Shown here in pieces: positions 39,915-50,894 of a DNA stretch of 64,000 bases. Location: assembly GCA_023213395.1 (NCBI GenBank), contig CM041465.1:184581741-184645740 (forward strand), in the 5' to 3' direction. The translations under genes and the position numbers were made by a program. The stretch is from Cycas panzhihuaensis (taxonomy: Eukaryota; Plantae; Cycadophyta). Under the pieces are notes generated by a model, which was not told where the DNA came from, did not search any database, and saw only the letters and a list, made by a program, of their open reading frames with translations. Position 1 is the first letter of the stretch. Each line of letters starts with the position of its first letter.

Positions 39915-40085
39915 AATTTAAAAGAAAAAAAATAAAAATAAAAAGACCTAAAGAAGCAGTACAAATTGGTCCAGACCAACTCCACCTAGGTTCTTTTAAG
40001 CAAAATTGAATAAACAATAAGAAATCTGGCCCTGCATCCCTGTGTATTCAAAAGATATTATTGATTGGCCTCTTAGCGTCACTTT
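39915..40085 (-). pseudogene. VPS13: Captured host exon fragment resembling plant VPS13 (VPS13X-type, VAB/SHR-BD region)
   Basis: My translation of the minus strand is PINNIF*IHRDAGPDFLLFIQFCLKEPRWSWSGPICTASLG..FF. This matches the remembered plant VPS13X segment LIFIQFxLxExxWSWSGPxCxASLGRFFLKF. Not database-verified. Confidence 0.65.
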
Positions 40086-40689
40086 CACCTAGCAAATTTT
40101 TTCATATGATAAATAGTTTGCTCTCCAAGTCCAAGTGCAATTACAACACTTATATAGAAGAAGTGTGTCCAGTATATTAAAGTCTTTATAAATAAAAGCT
40201 GAATATCAACTGCCTTCACATCACTGACCTTTGTTAGAGCTACAATGACGATAAGTTATGCATTGTCATCTGCCTCAACTCTAGGTGGCCTCTAATTGGG
40301 ATTTGTAAATACAACCTGTGCTATCATCTTAATGAGAGCCGGCTTGCTGAACTTGAACCTATAACCGTCTGAATCTTTTTAAGGAGGCCCCTTCTAGCTG
40401 CTTCTTTTGGCTTTCATCTTAGCGTTTTGTAAACTCTTGCAACTTTGACTTGTGTTTGTTTGCCTACAAAATGATGATTCTCGAGAACATACTTAATTTG
40501 GCAGTCAATCTTATAATCTAAACACCAACCAGGCCGTCCACGTTTACTTTTCAAGAGATTCTTTTTGCAAGCGCATGCTTCTTGGCAGGCATTGTAGGAA
40601 CTTCTTTCAACGGGGCTTTCTTTCTAACCCCTGTGTCACTATACTTGGGCTGCAAAACTTGGCATGGTAGAGGACGGGCATCTTACTGT

Positions 40690-40845
40690 TTTAACAGCGT
40701 CTACGTCTATTACATTAAGAGCGTTTCAGCTCCTTCACCCGTGTTCTGTAGCTGCGATCCTCGACAGCTGATCCGTGTCTATGTCTATAGCTGCGATCCT
40801 CGATGACTGATCTGTGTCTACGTCTATTGTGTTAACAGTGTTTCA
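40690..40845 (+). repeat. Short CpG-rich tandem duplication (~39-bp unit)
   Basis: TAGCTGCGATCCTCGAnnnCTGATC(C/T)GTGTCTA(T/C)GTCTA twice, flanked by a duplicated GTCTACGTCTATT...GTTTCA. Confidence 0.8.
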
Positions 40846-42510
40846 ATTTCGGCACCTCGCCTTTAATAACAACGCTCCGTACTTGTAGCGGTTATCTTAA
40901 TATCGGCGCCTCATCCAATACGCTCTTTTTATCTTAATAATAGTGCCTCAGCCAATTTTATTATATATTACGTTTTGAATATTAAGTGATCCATTCGATT
41001 TTATAGTGCTAACTGTAATTACGGCCATTCGGGGTGCCAACGACTGCAACTGTTTTTTCATAATTTCTTTTTTATGTATAGTTTTAACATAAAGTTTAAA
41101 AAATTTAATTTAATTGGATAAATTTTTAAAATCCAGAGTTTAAAGGCTTTAAGTTTCCAGCCCCCAGTTCTATTTAGTCATTATATGACCATTAACTATC
41201 TTCAAAAGGGTGCTAACAAGTTTTTATAATTTTTTTTCTTTTTATTTTTTTTGAATTTTTCATTTTTTATAGGGTTATTGGCATTTTTTTGCCATAACTC
41301 TTCACTAGAGCATCAATTTCAGACGAAACTAGTTCCATTAGACCAGAAATTTTCTTTACAGTAATTTTGACTGGTCATATAACCAATTTGGTGTCAATTT
41401 GACTATGTTTCGACCAATTTAACATCAGACATTTAAAATTTCAACATTTTTCACACTTTTAACAAAATTACTTTTAGAACTGACTGTAATTTATTCCTGG
41501 TAAATTCTTTTCTACCTGGATTTCTTCTATAGCGATCTACGTTCTACAAACTTCAATACCCACTTTTTATTTTAATTTTTTGAATTCATTTTCATTAGTA
41601 TTTTAATCGCTAAATGTGAGAATTTAGTTGTTTTTAGCCTATTTCTTTACATTTTTACATAAAGACACTTGTTACCATTTTTGCTATAACTTTTTTTATT
41701 TTGTATCAAATTTTAATTCTGTTAGTTTTGTTTGGAAGCTGACTCAATTCTCTTCGATTTGACATAATGTTTTATACAATTGGATATATTTTTCCTAATT
41801 TTTAAATCATTCAAAGTAGAAGTACTTTATTGCCTCAAATCTGCTATTTTTATACATTTTTTAATATATTTTCTCAAAAATTTTTAATTGAAAGTACATT
41901 GAACAATTTTATAAACAATATTTGATCACTTTACAGCATTCTATAAGTATTTTGTTAGCATTTTGACCCCCTACTTCTGTTTAGCCTTAAATCAATACCT
42001 GTACCTTTGATTCACTAAAACTTGATTTCTAGGAATCCATTTTCAGAACAATTAGTTCCGTTGGATTCGCATTTTGTTTATCTTTATACTCGTAAAGTTT
42101 TATATCATTCTGACATCATTTAATATACTTTTGAATCCCTCAAACCTAAGGTTATCATTCAAACCTTCTTTTAAGGAGCATATTATTTTTTTATTAAAAA
42201 TTTCTTTATATTGTGATTTATTTCAAAGTGAAAAATACTTTTATATATTTCATTTTCAGCAGTTTACATTATTATCAAGGCAAAATATCTTTATATATGC
42301 TCTTATATTCCCTTTATCTCAAAGTTTATTTGAAAGACATACCTATATTGAAAAGTTCTTTTATCATTTAAAAAAAAAAAGATTATTTCCTTATTATGCC
42401 TAGTTGACTAACTTTCTAAAGGGCATTTGAAATCATATATATTCATTAATTTATTAATATTTTAACTTGTTAAAGCATATTAATTTTACATACTAAAGTT
42501 TTTTGATAAA

Positions 42511-43179
42511 ATGGCATAATTTCCCATTTTCGATGGCCATAACTTTTCACTATGGTATGACACCATGCAAACTTACTTTATTAAACATGATCTTTTAAAA
42601 TATTTACAACATGAATGTGACCTTAGCATTAAAGAAAATTTTTGAAAGGATAATGAAGCATTAGGTTTATTGTTTTATACTATGAATGATGAAATTTTTT
42701 CAAAGGTATGTGATTTGACAACATCTAAGTCTGTTTGGGATTTATTGATTTCTATTTATGGGGGAGATACCCTCAATGTATTTGATGAAATTTTTAATGA
42801 ACATGTGAGACAGGTAATAGAACATGTGAAGCATAATGACAACACCCATGAAGATTTAGATCAAATGCAGGACCACCTTATTGCACAAGAATTTGATCCT
42901 TCATTTGAGAGGAAGAATGAAGATGAATCTTATGACATAACGAAGAATGAATTTGATGATATGACAAAGAATGAACCTGATGATATGATAGTTGTTCAAA
43001 GCATAAAGATTACAAAAGTTCAAGTTCAAAGCTTTCTTAATGTTCCAGTTGACAAAGTCAGAATTACAGCTATTTATTTATATTTGAATCAAGTTTCATC
43101 TACTTATAGTTTTTTTACATCATTCTATGATAAAGAGACACATGTGGCTATAAGGATGAGAAGAGTTGATAAAGATTAA
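42511..43179 (+). pseudogene. Truncated Copia gag (UBN2-like N-terminus) with an acidic repeat tail
   Basis: MA*FPIFDGHNFSLWYDTMQTYF...ALGLLFYTMNDEIFSKVCDLTTSKSVWDLLISIYGG, then KNEDESYDITKNEFDDMTKNEPDD (ORF 42670-43179). Confidence 0.8.
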
Positions 43180-46100
43180 GATTAGAATTTTAAAGTTTTC
43201 TTCAAATACCAGTTCCATAAGTTCAAAGAAAAGATACAAGTGTTTGTGCTGACATTAAGGAGGAGAATATTGGAGTGTAATGTCATCACTCAACTCCCTC
43301 TTATCTACCAGGATTGTGCACCTCAATTTAGACATGTGATGCTCAACATGTCAAGGTAAGTTAAGGTAAATTGAGTTAATTTATTTGAGTTAAGTTACAT
43401 TATTTTATTATTAATTTGAATTTAGGGGTTGAGGAGTTTCCCTCCTCCCCCAAAACTATTTATATTATGGGGTGTACAACCCTGATGTCTTTAGATACCA
43501 CATTCTTTTGAGAGATTTGTAATGCTCATTTCTACTACAATAGATTGAACAATAATGCTTTCATGTGTTTATGCTATTGTGATTGTGATACATTGATACA
43601 ATATTGGTTTATGGTTATTTGATATATGTTCTGCCCTGTTCTCCTGCAAGTATATTTTCCATCACTCGAGAAGATCTAATAAAACCCATGTCAGAGGAAT
43701 ATGATATAGAAAAAGACTTACAAAAGTACTATATTAACATAAATCTATATCAAGCATTAAAAATTCTAGAAAAGAAAAGCAAAGTTTTGAATATCATTCA
43801 ACCTAGAAATGATAGTGGAAATATAGTAAATGTTGTTAAAAAGGAAATCTTATAAATAACTTATTTACCTACCAAAGTAAAAAATCCTTCGTTCTATGTG
43901 TTTATGTATGTTCACAACCAACACACACTTCATTATTATATGGTGGATACTAGCACTTTCTATAATGTAATGCCTTATGCCATTATAAAGGAAATAGGAT
44001 TAGAATATACTAGAATGAAGTAATCCATAAAAGCTTTTGATAATAGAGGATCTTCCATACTAGGGTAGATAAAAAGGCTTGGTATTAACTTTAACTTCAG
44101 ATAAAAGGGTTTTGGTTCCAGTAACTATTATGGTAATTGATATGCCACTTATTTATAGGATGTTACTTGGCTAATACTAGGTGTTAGATACATGGGTAAT
44201 ATCAAATGTAAGAATGGATACTCTTACCTTCCCTTTGGGAAAAGACCTTATAATAGTACATAGGAAAAATGAACACCCCAAGCATATATAAAATTTGGAA
44301 GATAACATAATAGGATCTTTATATAAAGACACTTGCCTAGGGACTTACTCTATTTTCCTTGATGAGAAACCTTTAACTACTAAGAAAGGGGAAGAATACC
44401 TCCTATCTAGTGGATTGAACACACTAGTCTAGATGATACACTTTGATAGAGCTAAATCAAACTTTAGAGTTAGGGATGGTATTATGCCCATATCACCTCT
44501 AAGGCATTATTTCCTTTTTTCCTACAACTTAGCTCTTAATTATATAAATAATACTTCTAAGTATGTAGCCCTTATCCTAAGTCTATAGAAGGCTAGTGAC
44601 ACAAAGGTAAAGGAATTAAAGGTCAAGGGAGACTTAGAATTGGTTAATTTCTAGACAAGAGAGCATATGCCACTAATTCTAGTAGGTTGAAAGCATATAA
44701 AACTAGGGTGATATAATTGATGGATTATTTTAAAGCTTTTAATATTCAACACATTCCCTAAATTGAAAACCAACTAGCAGATTCTTTGGTAGTAGTAACT
44801 TTACTTATGAATGGAGAAACCATTACTAGTGCTTAAAAGGGATCCATAGAAGTCATTATGAGATCTATTATCTTTGACTACTTGAAGTACTAACATGTGT
44901 CTGAAGATGATAAACAATTGATAAAATTTATGCAAGGTGAAAAAGATTTTGTGGGATTATGTGTTGATAAATCAGAACTACTAACTCTAGATACTTCCAT
45001 CCTAACCAATGAGAATGTTCATTCTAAAGTAATGTGTAGTTCCACTAAAAAATTACCTAATGGTTTAATAACATTAGAGGATTTTTTTAAATCCTAATGA
45101 TTCAATAAGGGAAGAAAAGTCAACTTGGCCAAAACCATCAAAAAGAAATATAGAAAAAGGTATACCTTATAATACTGGTTCTATTAAAAATCTCAAAGAT
45201 ATATTATTAGGAGAAACCTATACTTAGAATGAAGTCAATGATATTCTTTCACTATGTAAAGAGTTTTAACATGTCTTTGCTTGGACTTATGATGATTTGA
45301 AGGGATTTTCTCCACATGCTATGCAATGTAAAATTCCCTTAAAAGAAGGGGCCAAATCTTTTAAGCAAAAATAAAGACCAATTAATCTAAAGATAAGACA
45401 ACTTATCTAGAAAGAGATCCAAAAGTTGAAGGATGTCAATATTATCTATCTTATAAGGTATTCTAAATGGATTGCCAACTTAATATTTATTAGTAAGAAA
45501 AATGACATGATAAGAATATGTGTGGCCTTTTATAATTTGAATAAAGCCTTATTAAAGGATAAATATCCCCTACCAAGAACAGAGGAATTATTATAGACAG
45601 TCATAAGTTCAGGCATAATGTTCTTATTAGATGGTTCTTAGGTTATAATTAAATTTTGCTTGATAAGCATGATCAAAATAAAATAACTATCACTACCCTT
45701 TGGGGTACTTTCACTTACAAAAGGATGTTTTTTAGTCTAACTAATATTGGAGCTACTTTTTAAAGGGATGTAGACCAAGCTTTTAAGGTTTTGGAGTTAT
45801 TATCATAATGATTTATCTAGATGGAATCATGATGTTTTATAAGAATAGGTCAAATCATGCAAATCATGTAAGACAAATCTTTAAAAGATGTAGAAGATTT
45901 GGTATCTCTTTGAATCCTAAGAAGATTATTTTCATGGTAACTAAAGGAAAATTACTAAGTCACATGGTCACACATGAGGTAACCTTCATTGACCTAGATA
46001 GAGTGAAAGTTATATAAGAGTTACCTTTGCCCTCACATAAGAAAACTTTATAATCCTCTTATGGAAAAATAAACTTCTTAAGGAGATTTATCCTAGAGTT

Positions 46101-46599
46101 TTTTAGGATAATTCTATCCCTAAATAAATTGCTTAAAAAAAGCATGCTTCTCAAATGGGATCTAATAGAATAGGCACATGCACACAGTCATCATATCACA
46201 GGAATTGAATTGAAACACAAGAAAATGACAATGCACATGTACACAAAGTTGACAAGTGGAAAACCTCTTGTGGGGAAGAAAAACCACCTCCTAATCTAAA
46301 TTATATTAATAAATAAATGAAACTAAAATACATAATAACCAACCCCCTAAAACAGCCTTGATTTAGGCATATGGACAGACCTCCTAGATTCCTGGAACCA
46401 ATTCCATGAATCTAGGAGATTAATAAATATGACGAAGGTTCATTAGAATGCGGTTCAGCATTTCAACGACCATCTACAAATTAATTAATTTTAAACATAA
46501 GTTTACAACTTTACAATCACTTAAATTATTTTTAAGACATGTGACTTAAATAATAACATTAAGAAACATAAGTTTACATTATATAATCTAACATCCCCC

Positions 46600-49500
46600 T
46601 TTAATGTAAACTTTTGTACTGGAGAGAAAAGAAGAGCTTCATCACGGTGATCCCCCTTTAATGAGATTTCTTTTATCTGCAATAAATCTCTGACATGTAA
46701 AAACTTTGGTTCAGTTAATGACTTTGTAAGAATGTCAGCAATCTGTAAATCTGTTGGATAATAAGACAAACAAACAAGATTATCAGTAACTAAATTATGA
46801 ATAAAATATTGATGTAATTCAATATGTTTAGTTCTAGAATGAGAAACAGGATTAGTAGCAATAGCAATTGCACCTTGATTATCAACTTTAATTTCAATTG
46901 AAGAGTTTAGAGTCAAACTAATTTCATTTAGTAGTGATTTTAGCCAAAGTGCTTCTTTACCAACTTCGACTAATGCTCAATATTCTGCTTTAGTTGTTGA
47001 TAATGCTAGTGCCTGCATTTTTTTACTAGACTAAGTAATAGGAGAGGAATCAATAAAAAATACATAACCTGACGTAGATTTACGATAATTTGAATTACCT
47101 GCCTAATCAGAATCAGTATATCCAGTTAATGTTAGTGGTTTATTATAAAAGTTATAAGTTAAACCATAAAACACAGTATTCTTTAGATAGCGTAAGATGC
47201 GTTTAGCTGCATTCCAGTGAGATTCGTGTGGTTGTTGCATATATCGGGAGCATAAAGCAATAGCATAAGAAATGTCAGGGCGGGTATGAGTAAGATATAT
47301 TTGACTACCAATAAGTTGTCTATATAGAGTTAGATCACATAACGAAGTTGAACAATTAGTAGACATTTTAACTCCTGATTGTAAAGGATTTGATACAGGT
47401 TTAGCATTTTTCATGTTAAACTGTTGAAGTAAATCGAGAATATACTTAGGTTGAGATACTATTATATTTAATTGATTTTGATAAACTTGTAAACCTAAAA
47501 AGTAATGTAATAGACCTAAATCGGTCATTTCAAATTTGTTCATTAAAGTTGATTTGAGATGATGAATATTATGGGTTGATGATTCAGTGATAATAATGTC
47601 ATCAACATAGAGAATTAGAATGGTAAGATTTTTCTTTTCACGTTTAAAATAAAAATTTAGATCACTAATACATCTAGTGTATCCAATATGGATTAAGTAA
47701 TCATCGACTTTGGTATACCAAGCTCGAGGAGCTTGTTTTAAACCATAAATAGATTTTTTAAGTTTACAGACTAAATTAGGATTTTTAATGAATCTAGGTG
47801 GTTGTGACATGTATATCTTTTCTTTGAGATCACCATTCAAGAAAGCACTCTTAACATCCATTTGGTAGATTTCCCAACTAAATTTGGCTGCAAGAGCAGT
47901 AATTGTCTTAATTGTATTTATCTTTATGACAGGAGCAAAGGTTTCATTATAGTCAATGCCATCTATTTGAGAAAATCCTTTAGCAACAAGGCGAGCTTTA
48001 TATTTTTCCACTGCGCCTGTTGAGTTATATTTAGTTCTATAAACCCATTTACAGTCGATGACATTTTTCCCAGGTGGGAGAAGAATAAGATCCCAGGTGG
48101 AATTTTTAATTAAGGCAACAAATTTAGTCTGCATAGTATCTTACCAAATAGGATTGTTGCTAGCTTGTTTAAAAGTTTTAGGATCATTATTTTTCATTAT
48201 TTTTGCCATTAAGGCAAAATTTGCATGAAGTTTTTACGTACGTGTGCGTCTAGTATCAGTAGGATTGCCTATATTAGATCTAGCATCAGCAAGCGTTTTG
48301 GTTACCCAAACAAGTTGCTTGTGAGTAATTGTATCCGAGGTTGTAGGTTGATTTGATGTACTAGCTTGAAGAGAAGGATCTGTTTCAGTGGGTTCTGATA
48401 GGGTCTAATTTTGGACTTGAGTTGATAAAGAATCTATAATTTCTAAATCAACTTGTTTATCAGAATCGTCAACCAAACAAGTGTTGGTTAACAAATCTTT
48501 AACAGGAAGTTCTACATAAGTAGATGTTGAAGTAGATCCTTCTTCATCAAATACTACATCACGCAAAATAGAAATGTTATGCGTGACTGGATCTAAAAGT
48601 CTATAGGCTTTGCTTTCTTCGCTATAGCCAATGAAGATGTATTTTTGACTTTTTTTATCTAACTTTTTACGTTTTTCGTGAGGGATATGTCCCCATGCGA
48701 TACTACCAAAGATTCGTAAGTGTTAGACAGATGATTTTCTTCCAGACCATTTTTTTTTGGGAGTGACGTTTTGTAGACATTTACTGGGTAAACGATTTAA
48801 TAAATAATTAGAGTAGTTAATTACTTTTGCCCATAGTTTTAAATCAAGATTCTTTACATATAACATGCAACGAATCATTTCAACAAGAGTGCAGTTTTTG
48901 CATTCAGCAATACCGTTTTGTTGAGGCGTGTATGTAACTGAATGTTGGAATTTAATTCCATGTGATATATAGAAAGAGGTAAATTTTATACGTAAATATT
49001 CCTTAGCATTATCAGATCGGAATATTTTGATTCTTGAATTAGATTGATTTTCCACTAACGTTTTATATTCAAAGAAAATGTCAAACACTTGACTGCGTGT
49101 TTCGAGCATATAAACCCAATATTTTCTTGAATAATCATCAATGAATATAATAAAATAACGAGATCCTGAGTATGATGGTACATGAAAAGGTCTACATATA
49201 TCAGAATGGACAAGTTCGAGTGGAGCAGTTACTCAGTATTGAGTTTTGTGTGGAAATGGATCCATGTGTTGTTTGCCTATTACATAGGCTTCACAAATAC
49301 CATAAACAATGTTTAAGGGTGGTAAACCATGGACCATTTAATGCTTAATTAAATATTACAATTTTCCATAACTAGTATGGCCAAATCTTACATGCTAAAG
49401 CTTGCTGACTGAGTCAGATTTGACAACAAAGCCATTAAAAGATTTTAATTTATTATTTTTAAAAATGGTCATACTATAAAGACCTATATTATGATCAACA

Positions 49501-50894
49501 GGTCCTAAAGCAATACGTTTGAATTTATGTAATGGATCTTTAATGTCAAATTTATTTTTCCAGAATTTAATGACAAGGTCTTTCTGGCAGATTTGATAAA
49601 CTGAAAGGAGGTTTGGTAACAAACTAGGTACGTAAAAAATGTCCTTGATTGAACCATCCTTTAGGGTAACATCATCAGATCCTTTGACTTTGAGTTAATT
49701 ACCACTACTGAAAGAAATCTCTTCTTCAGAGTTCGTGTTAGATTGATAAGTGGTTAAGTTTTTTTGATGTCCAGTCATATGATGGGATGCACCAGAGTCA
49801 AGGATCCATTGTGGTGGTTGGTTGGAAGGAGCAACAAATGCAGAAGTTGTTGTTGCTAAAGAACGATTATGAAATTAACGGTTTTGTGGTCGTGATTGTG
49901 AATGTAATTGAAAATGAGATTAAGAATGGGATTGCAGTTTATTTTGTAATCCCTTGGAAGCTTTCCATGCTTTCGAAGCTATTCTACTTCTACAGACATC
50001 AATACTATGGCCTCTTTTATGATAGTAGGTACAACTAGTGTTCTAAGAAGAAGATGCATTGTTTCTATTAGAAATGAATTGATTAGAAGTATTGTGGTTT
50101 TTAGTTGGACCAGAATATTTAACATTATTTTAAGAATTAGATGGTGAACCTTGATGAGGTTTCTTTAATTTTTGATTATTATGAAAATTGTTATTCTATT
50201 GTTTGTTTTTAAATTGTGGCTTAGTTTTAGAAAACAAAGTCTGTGAATGATCTTTTATTGCACTTGTTCTAATTAACATTGTCTGATGTTCAATTAGCTG
50301 GTTTATCAGGTAATTGAATGTGATAGGTGGATTGCCAACTTGTTGTCTAGCAACTTGGTAAAGATTAAAGTGTTTTGGTAATTTATTAACTGCAAGATGT
50401 ACGAGCATATTATCATCTTTGACATGCATAGTTATTTTTTCTATATCACCTTCTTTGGTTTTTGATTTAATGCAGTTATCTAGATCTTTATTATTTGATT
50501 AGATTTTAGTTAAAAAATTCTCAACATTTGTAAAGTCATCAAAAGTCAGATTATACAATTGTTCTTCTAGGATAGCTACTTGATGTGTATTAACTTTGTC
50601 ATATTTTTCTTCCAAGGTTTTCCAAACAGTGGCTAAGTCATCTTTTCTAAAATCATTGGTGATTTTTGGTGAGAGTGAGTTTAATATGGTGCCCAATGCG
50701 GTATCTGAGTTCATCAGATATACCATAAGACTCTCAGTAGCATCTGCTTTTGGTTTTTAGAATTCACCTTTCACATATTGCCATACTTTTTGCTGTTTGA
50801 GCTAATGGGATATGCGATTCCTCCAGTCGGCATAGTTTGAGCTAGTTAATACTGGAATTGGAATGCAAGTGACTATCCCTGGCATTAATGCCAT
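46600..50894 (-). pseudogene. Copia gag-pol polyprotein with premature stops
   Basis: Gag start MALMPG..VLTSSNYADW at 50894. Protease WILDSGASHHM (~49775-49810). Integrase FRSDN..YTPQQNG (48723-49109). 343-aa RT ORF 47103-48134 (QMDVKSAFL, YGLKQAPR, LYVDD). RNase H ORF 46521-46916 (DNQGAI, RTKHIE, QIADILTK). Confidence 0.95.

Larger units (their letters stand above)
38101..43664 (+). mobile_element. Non-autonomous Copia-derived LTR element with truncated gag only (TR-GAG-like) and a 4-kb leader carrying captured DNA
   Basis: LTRs at 38101-38495 and 43268-43664 (~93% by eye). PBS TGGTATTAGAGC at 38498. PPT AAGGAGGAGAA at ~43257-43267. TSD CTTAA/CTCGA, consistent with CpG decay. No PR, INT or RT motif seen. 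Confidence 0.9.

Noticed and set aside
40690-40845. Repeat units resembling a CRISPR array
   Set aside because: Only two adjacent units, no unique spacers, no cas genes, and a eukaryotic context.
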